From Octopus bimaculoides (Eukaryota): a DNA stretch of 64,000 nt. Below are positions 56,010 to 64,000 of the stretch, one piece after another (within the stretch, counting starts at the first letter, position 1; every line of letters starts with the position of its first letter). The DNA lies in NCBI RefSeq assembly GCF_001194135.2, contig NC_068981.1, positions 147,205,182 through 147,269,181 on the forward strand, written 5' to 3'. Made by a program: the position numbers and the translations under genes. The notes below the pieces were generated by a model. The model did not search any database, was not told the DNA's origin, and saw nothing but the letters and a program-made list of their open reading frames with translations.

Positions 56010-56105
56010 CTGTCCATGAATATCTCCACATACAATAACTGGTGTTGACACTGGCTGTACATTGGATTCTTCCAGTAAAAGTTCACATACTAGTTCACAT
56101 AGTTT
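56010..56105 (-). CDS. PPP6C: Ser/Thr protein phosphatase 6 catalytic subunit, first exon present in the window (probable coding exon 2)
   Basis: 96 nt, [32 protein letters not shown] with the GDIHGQ motif; AG acceptor, GTAAGT donor. Confidence 0.96.
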
Positions 56106-56818
56106 CTATAATGAAAGACATAAAAAATTCAATAGATGATTAAAGATCTGTCTTACTTAGAATTCAAATAAAGACTACTCCAAATTATTAATGTTTGAGT
56201 CTTTTTTTATCAATCAGCAAAGAAAAATATATTTAGTTAAATATTAAGCTAGAAGTTAAAGAAATTTAACTGGGGAAAATGTTGTTAAGGTCAAACAAAT
56301 TTAAAACATACAAGCAGAATTTCTTTTTTACAGGGTGAAATATTGTTTAGCCCCATGATGGCTCTGGTCCAGTAGATTTATGACCCAAAGCCTTTCAGCC
56401 ATGACCATCCCATCCATTCCTCGGTCATGAATCTGGTGTTACTTTCTAAAGATGGAGTAGGGGGAGTTGAAGGAGATTTGGCTGCTATTTTTAACAGGTT
56501 GAGAGACCACATGAATGCACAAGAGGTGTAACAGGATTGTAGAAATATAGACAAGAAATAAACATTTTGAGTATCTAGCTGAAGTTGTCTCTGTGTTTAG
56601 CAGCAAAGCACTGAAGATACAACTCCAGTGCTTTCCTGAAAACAAAAGATAAGGTCTTTCATTAAAAGAACAAAATAATTAAAGTGATTGATGACAGTGA
56701 CAAGTCAAAATTGTGATAAAGTATGAAAGCAAAAAAAAAAAAAAAAAGAAAGAGTAGTGACAGTAACTTAATCACATACAACATCATTCATTAATATGAG
56801 CCAATGAGAGAACCTCTA

Positions 56819-57717
56819 CGTGGTATCAAAAAGTTCCTGGACTAGTTACGTTTACTAAAAAATAACTTATTTACCTAAGTTTTAACATTATCTCTTTTNN
56901 NNNNNNNNAACAGTCATCTTGTGCAGCAATAAAACCGTCTCAGCGTTCCTACCACTTTTGGAATCCGGCCTGTAAATTGTTTCCTGTGAGTCGAGGACCT
57001 TCAGCAATTCACTCTTGATCTCAACAACGGTATTAAAACAGTGACCTTTGAGCTACATTTTCATCTTGGGGAAGAGATGGAAGTCTGCAGGTGCTAAATC
57101 TAGTGAATAGGGCGGGTGCGGAAGCAATACCATGTTGTTTTTGGCAAGAAACTCACGAGTGAGGAGAGCTCAGTGACAGGGTGCATTGTCATCATTATGA
57201 ATCCAATTCTTTGCGCTCCACAGATCCAGTTGATTTTGCCAAATGTCCTGCCTCAAATGCTTCAAAACATTGTTGATTGTCCTCCAACAATCCTCAAATA
57301 CAAGCTGATGAATTTTCTCCACATTTCCAGGGGTGATGCTCATGGCAGGTCTTCCAGGGACGTTCTTCCGCTTTTGAAGTGCCCATGCCACTCAAAACAT
57401 TGCATATGACCTATTGCCTTGTCACCATAAGCTTACTGAAGGTTGCTCAATGTCTCTGTAGCAGACTTCCTAAGTTTAACGCAAAATTTCATGTTGGCTC
57501 TTTCTTCCAACTTCCTGTCTATGACAAAAATTGCAGACTTCAGCATACACATGATCTCAAAAACAGAAATTTCACAACTTGCAAAGTAAACACAGTGATA
57601 TCACTCAGCACACTGCCTCATGAAGGTCACTGCTAGCTCTCCCTGCGCATGCAACTGTGTGCTGCCACCTGTTGGCATGCTACAGAACTAGTCCAGGAAG
57701 GTTTTGATACCACCTTG
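56819..57717 (-). mobile_element. Degenerate mariner element in the first PPP6C intron
   Basis: TIRs GTGGTATCAAAAAGTTCCTGGACTAGT and (rc) GTGGTATCAAAACCTTCCTGGACTAGT with TA flanks; WIHNDDNAPCH matches the mariner W.LHHDNAP.H motif. Confidence 0.82.
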
Positions 57718-58139
57718 TATATTGCTATCAATATGAAAGAAATAAAAACCAAATCTCCTTCAAATCACAATCTAACGCTTAAAAAACAAAAATAGGAAGG
57801 CTACTTCAGATTTGATAGTGCAATCCTAGATACACCATACATGAAAAAAAAAAGATTGGATAATAACCGCTGAGATACCTTTGTTCAAAGGCGTGCTGAA
57901 TCAGAATTGACAAAGAGCTAAACATCATAATCACTAATACAACAAAAAATAACCATAGATAATCATCTATCCAACATCAAGCTTTTCCTTCTCCTCTCTG
58001 TAATTGTAAGTATAGGTTCAACAAAGTCAGATCCAATGAAAAAATCTATCCTGTGTTACAGATCAGGGATACTGCTGTTGTGAATTTGGGGCAAAAAATG
58101 AAAATATTGCTATTCAAATCACCAAAATCTTTGAGTATA

Positions 58140-59516
58140 CCAGACATGAGAATCCCAAGCCAGGTTACCAATGAATGAGTGTTGTCTATCATGAGTAAAG
58201 AAGACCGACAGTTTCTAACCAAAATGTGTAGCTTGTATGGAAAGGATTCCCTCCAAGCTACAATCGATTTGACATTTGACAAATAGTGACTGTAAAGTAT
58301 TGATAGTTTGAATTAGTTCAATACCATTGTAACCCAGATGCTGTCTATTTTGTGGAAATCTCACTAATGACTCTGTATCCTCTTTATTCACAAATGATAC
58401 ATGGTTCAAACCATCTCACTTCTTACACTTTCTAGATTTAACAATTACTAACAATTTCTTCTGAAATCTTCACATATTTTAAGAGGAAAAGCCAAACACT
58501 TAACCATGAACAGCTCCTAACCTTTACAAAAACCAGATATCTCTATACTATAAAAGTTATCACATATCATACATTTAAGATAATACACTCACAATATATA
58601 TAGTGTCCTCCCTTACACACACACACACACAAATAAATTTTTAAAAACCTCATCTAACTGATAGACAAAGCTTCATTTATATACAACCAATGGCCCACAA
58701 CTTAAATCTTTCATATTTAATATTGCTTTTTATTCAGTTTTCCAGGTCTTGCAGATTTTTATCTAAATTTTTATACCTATTTTAAATAATCTCTGAAAAT
58801 TTACATAACTTAGCTATGATTTATTCTGAGAAGAATTAACTGGTTACTAATCCCTTTTCAATTCATCAAATCAACCAGCCTCATTAAAATCCAATATGTC
58901 ACTTATGTTTCCACTTCTATGCCGAAAGCTATTATACCAAATGAAAACTATAAATTTCTTTCTGAAGACATTAACAATTTTATCTGAATCTATTAAGATC
59001 TTTAGAAACTAACCATTCATATCATTAAGTCAATCTATGAGCTTATAATATTTTGCATTATTTACAACAATTTAGATACTTGAAAATACAACAGGCACAG
59101 CAAAATGACAAGCTAAATATAGAGTTTATATGAATCATACAGAAAATACTAAAAACTCATGTAATTAGTTCATGGAATTATTGCAGTAAAGAAAAATAAA
59201 AAGGACACAAGAAAGATGATGGAACTGAAAACTAGTTCTTCAGTTTAAAAATAGACATTTGTTTACTAAACAGTAAACCAGTCATGACAACAAATATATA
59301 TTTTAAAGCTCATTTTATACTCTCTGTATAACAAAAGAAAAAAACAAAAAAAAAATGAATGTACATTTTACAAAATTTTTGAAACAAAATGACAAGAATA
59401 ATATGCCAGACTTGAGAATCCCAAACCAGGTTACCAGCAAATGAATGTTATCTGTAGGCTGTTAATTTCTAGCCAAATTGTATATCTCATGTGGATAGGG
59501 CTCCCTCCAAATTACA
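58140..59516. repeat. Dispersed pair of homologous ~115-125-nt segments (58140-58262 and 59406-59516)
   Basis: 29 of 31 nt identical in the first block (CCAGACwTGAGAATCCCAArCCAGGTTACCA), plus two further conserved blocks. Confidence 0.75.
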
Positions 59517-60029
59517 AGCAATCTGATTTTTCTCAGATTTTATACATGAAACAAATAACATCAAATCTGAGTATATTAAACTTACATGACAAAAGTTTAT
59601 ACAAAATAATTCAGGTTTTGATTCTATAATAACTATACACTGTAAAATACTATATATAACGTGTTGGATATTAAACAATTGAAATAATAGCCTGGTTTTA
59701 TAATAAATTGAAATACATTGAAAGTAATACTATTGTATGATATACTGAAAAAAAAGTGGATTTTTTTTTTTTAATCTCATTTTGCTTAATCAGAAATAAT
59801 ATTCAAATTTTGCTATAAAGTGTTTTTTCAATCAAGTATTCTGAAGGGAAATGATAGCTCCATCAGCTAATATAGTTTGCTGCTTCACATATGAAAACAA
59901 CAAAATGAAAAGCTTGCAGAAACCCTAAGTAATTCTTTATATTTGAATATTATTGCATGCAGTTACAGTACCTGGTGGGTATTGCAGAAGTACAGATACC
60001 TGGATAATTTACATATTCAGGATCAAGGG

Positions 60030-61335
60030 CTAAATGACTGCCCAGAAGATGACCAGCATGGAAAAGAAAGGTCTGGAAGCTTAAGGATCCTCTGAATGGA
60101 CAGAGATTTTAGAAACATATTAATTGAAGCTTTTGACAAAAAAGTAGAGGACATAGGGTCTCATAATGTGGACAACTGGAGGTTCCTATGGGACAACCTG
60201 TTCAGGGCTACTGACCAAATTTGTGGCTGGTGCAAAGTCCCTTCTCAACCTAAGGTAATGTGGTAGTGGAACAATGTAGTTGACAGAGCCATTAAGGAAA
60301 AGAAATGGGCATGGAAGGACTCGAAGTGTGGTGGTAACAGGGAACTGTATCAGATCGCCAGAACGGAAGCTAGGAAATAGGTTTACTTAACCAGAGGGGA
60401 AGCAGATAAGAAGAAATTTGCCAATGTTCTGCATCATGAGGACCAGAGACTTGAAGTGTTTCATATTGCAAGACAGTGTGTGAGAGAGAATCATGATGTC
60501 ATAGGAGAGAAATGTGTCCACATGGATGATGGCTCACTTGCATTTAATGATACTGCAAAGAGAGAGACTTGGAGATGCCACTATGAAAGGTTGCTAAATG
60601 AAGAGAATGAATGGGAGAAAGAGAGTCTGCCAAATGTTGACCCAACAGAGGGACTAGCTATTCAAATTGACAGTACCTTGGTAGATAAAGCAATTAAGGT
60701 TATGAAGACAGGGAAAGCCCCCAGTCCAGCAGGAATCACTGCAGAAATGCTTAAAATATCTGGCTTATGACCTTCAAATGTTGGGATTCACAGAGACAAT
60801 GACAAGTGACCGAGATCTTTGGAGATATGCTGTGATTGAGAAGACCCGGCAAGCCAAGTGAGATCATAGCCGTGGCCGATGCCAGTGTCGCATAACTGGC
60901 CAGTTTAAAAGTACCCTTCAATCGTCAGGCAATATGCTGTGCTTGAGAAGACTTGTTGAGTCAAATGAAATCGTAGTTGTGGCCAATGCCAGTGCTGCCT
61001 GACTAGCACTCATGCCGGTGGCACGTAAAAAGCACCATTCGAGTATGGTCGATGCCAGTGCTGACTGACTTGCTCCTGTGCTGGTAGCACATAAAAAGCA
61101 CCATTTGAGAGTGGTTGATGCCAGTGCCACCTGACTGGCCCCCATGCNNNNNNNNNNGACTTGCTCCTGTGCTGGTAGCACATAAAAAGCACCATTTGAG
61201 AGTGGTTGATGCCAGTGCCACCTGACTGGCCCCCATGCTTGTGGCATGTAAAAAGCACCCACTACACTCTCAGAGTGGCTGGCGTTAGGAAGGACATCCA
61301 GCTATAGAAACTGCCAGATCAGATTGAAGTCTGGT
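60030..61335 (+). mobile_element. Internally deleted RTE LINE
   Basis: WKRKVWKLKDP...WRCHYERLLNEENEW...KAIKVMKTGKAPSPAGITAEMLKISG is joined at about 60765 directly to the element 3' end; the 3' end is homologous to 28130-28265. Confidence 0.85.
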
Positions 61336-62175
61336 GTACCTGTGACCTCTTCCACTCTTATCACCTCTCTCACTCCCTACACACACACACTTGCAACCTA
61401 CCCACTCGCCATCTACCCATCATCTTCTTTTCTCTCATCCTTTCCCTATTTGCTGCTCTTCACCCTTTCTGTATTGCTAGTCGTTACCTCCCCTTCAACT
61501 TTCCCTTTAACCCATATTATCAACCACCCCTTTACCCTTTATTCACCATTCACCCCCTCCCACCCTATTCCCCTATCTCTAACTATCCTTTACACTCTCC
61601 CCCACCCTTCCTAATATTCTGTCCCATTCTCTTTTCTACTCACTTTCCTCTACCTTGAGGACACACTCTGACATCTTGTCACTTCTATCAATCTCTTTTC
61701 CAGCTCCACAGATTCTTCCCACACATTCTTAGATAGCAAGAAGCTTGTTCCTGTCCTTTCTTTAATATTTTAACCTTTCAACACTTAGCATAAAGCTATC
61801 TCCCTCTCTACCATACTCGCAGAAGGGGACTCTTTAGTGATGCAAGTTACGTGGCAATCTTAGTACTGGTGCCATGAATAAAAAGCATCCAGTATACACA
61901 GTAAAATGACCAATGTTAAGAAAGACATCCAGCCACAGAAACCATATCAAAGCAGACATCGGGGCACAATGCATCCCTCCGACTCATTAGATTTTATCAA
62001 GCCATCCAACCCATGCCAGCATAGAAAACAAACATTAAATGACAATATATGGACACACGCACATACACACAGGTAGGTAAGAGGATCTGGTTGTAAAATA
62101 AGCCTTCTATAGTTATTTCTTCAACTCACGCTAGAACTTATATATTAATATGCGCGCACACACATCTGTACTTGC

Positions 62176-62227
<52 letters not shown>

Positions 62228-62381
62228 TGTGAAGAAAAACTTGAACAAGACACTGGTGTTAAAGCTGAAATGAGTGGCATATAAATAAAGATTTGAAGGA
62301 CTGGTAATGAAGCTAATATCCATTAATGTAAAAGATTCATGGTGCATTGAGATGTCAAGAATAAATATTTATTAATTAATT

Positions 62382-62432
62382 TCAGAATGAAACAAGATTG
62401 CAATTAACTAATTGCAATTTGTTTCATTCTGA
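62382..62432. repeat. 24-bp near-perfect inverted repeat (hairpin)
   Basis: TCAGAATGAAACAA(g)ATTGCAATTA-ac-TAATTGCAATTTGTTTCATTCTGA. Confidence 0.9.
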
Positions 62433-63958
62433 TGAACCTGTTAAACAAAGAACACAATAGATTGTATTTTATCATGAATCATCATTAGCATTTTAACATC
62501 CACTTTTCACATGCTAGCATAGGTCAGATAAAATAAGTTGGGGTAGATTTTCTACAGGTAGATGCTCTTTCTGACACTAATCCTCACTTGTTTTAAGAAA
62601 AAATTTCCTAGTCTTCTGAACATGAACAGACAATGTTTTCATGGAAGACTGTAACAAACATCCCTCATATGAGTGTTGTATTTACAGTTAGCAAGGACAC
62701 ACACACACACACATGTTTAATGATTATTTTAATTCAGAGATTAGGAAAACTAGACATGTAAATAAGAGACTAAATACATTTTAATGTAGTTAGATATTCT
62801 ATTATACAAATAGGGTCAAATATCCAATATTATTTGTATAATAAAATATACATGTATACACACACACATTTAATAAGCTAAAAGAAAACACAGTAGTAAC
62901 TGCACAGAGACAATAAGTACTATGAGCACATGCAAAATAGATTCTATCCACTGCATAGTTGCTTTCTAAAAGTAGTTGAGAATGTCTTTTATCTGGGGGG
63001 GGGGGTCCTAATTAGCAGTTGTCATAGTAGTGCAGAAAGCATATTTACAGAACTCATTGGAAAAAGTTCAAGAAGTTATTACTACTGCTGGCAACAAAGG
63101 GCTTTCCTTCAGAGTAAAGGGCAGATTGTGTAATGCTAGTGTATGAAGTGTGATTCTGTATGATAGTGAGACATGGGTCTTGAATGCAGAGGATTTGCAA
63201 AGACTAAAAAGAAAGCAAATGACCAAGCTCCATTGGATGTGTAATATTAATGTGCATGAAAGGCAGCAAAGTGGTAGAAACATTAGCACGCCAGCAAAAT
63301 GCTTAGCGGTATTTCATCTGTCGCTATGTTCTGAGATCAAATTCTGCCGAGGTCGACTTTGCCTTCCATCCTTTCAGGGTCGATAAATTAAGTACCAGTT
63401 GCGTACTAGGGTCGATCTAATCAACTACCCCCCACCTCCCCAAAATTTCGGGCCTTGTGCCTAGAGTAGAAAAGAATAATAATATGCATGAACAATAGAG
63501 CTGAGAGAAAAACTGAACGTAAGATTAATCAGATATAGTGCACGAAAGAGAATACTGTGTGTGTTGATATGGGCATGGGATACATATGGAGGGAGACAGC
63601 TGTATAAAGAAGTGCTGCACATTGAAACTGAATGAAACCAGAGAGACAAAGAAAGACTTTGGATGTGATGGTGGAAAATATTGTAGAGAAGATGGCAAAG
63701 GGCTGCAGTAACTGATGTGCAGTTCAGAAGTCCTATTCAACCATGCAGGCATGGCAAAATAGACATTAAAACTGTGTACATGTGTATATGTGAGTGTGTG
63801 CAGGCATGGCTGTGTGATAAGAAACTTGATTCTCAACCACATGGTTCCAAGTTCAGTCCCACTGTGTGACACCATGGGCAAGTTTCGTCTTCTATAGCCA
63901 TGGTCCAACCAAAGCCTTGTGTGTGGACTTGGTAGATAGAAACTGAAAGAAGCCTGTC

Positions 63959-64000
<42 letters not shown>

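Noticed and set aside
61068-61237. Exact 80-nt duplication on both sides of a 10-N gap
   Set aside because: Identical sequence abutting a minimal gap is typical of an unmerged contig overlap.
56106-64000. Search for the first PPP6C coding exon (about 25 aa, DLDK...YLPENDLK-like)
   Set aside because: No matching segment found; presumed to lie beyond the window end.

Overview
AT-rich, microsatellite- and retroposon-dense animal genomic DNA with seven N gaps. The repeat landscape suggests a cephalopod, probably Octopus (inference). Three genes are supported. (1) Nine coding exons of the PP6 catalytic subunit PPP6C on the minus strand (56105 to 39452); its first coding exon was not found and probably lies beyond 64000. 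(2) An intronless ZNF330/NOA36 ORF (23437-24375, minus). (3) An unidentified three-exon plus-strand gene for a ~148-aa single-pass membrane protein (8886-14841). The rest is tRNA-derived SINEs, RTE, CR1/L2 and Penelope fragments, mariner relics and simple repeats; most ORFs in the supplied track are microsatellite artefacts. Two signals stand out. One is a complete minimal type I hammerhead ribozyme with a palindromic stem III (26707-26766, minus) closing a 409-nt directly repeated unit, resembling a retrozyme or Penelope pseudo-LTR. The other is a U12-type (minor spliceosome) intron in PPP6C with non-canonical AT-AA termini (44569-45623). All calls come from reading and hand-translating the sequence; no database searches were run.
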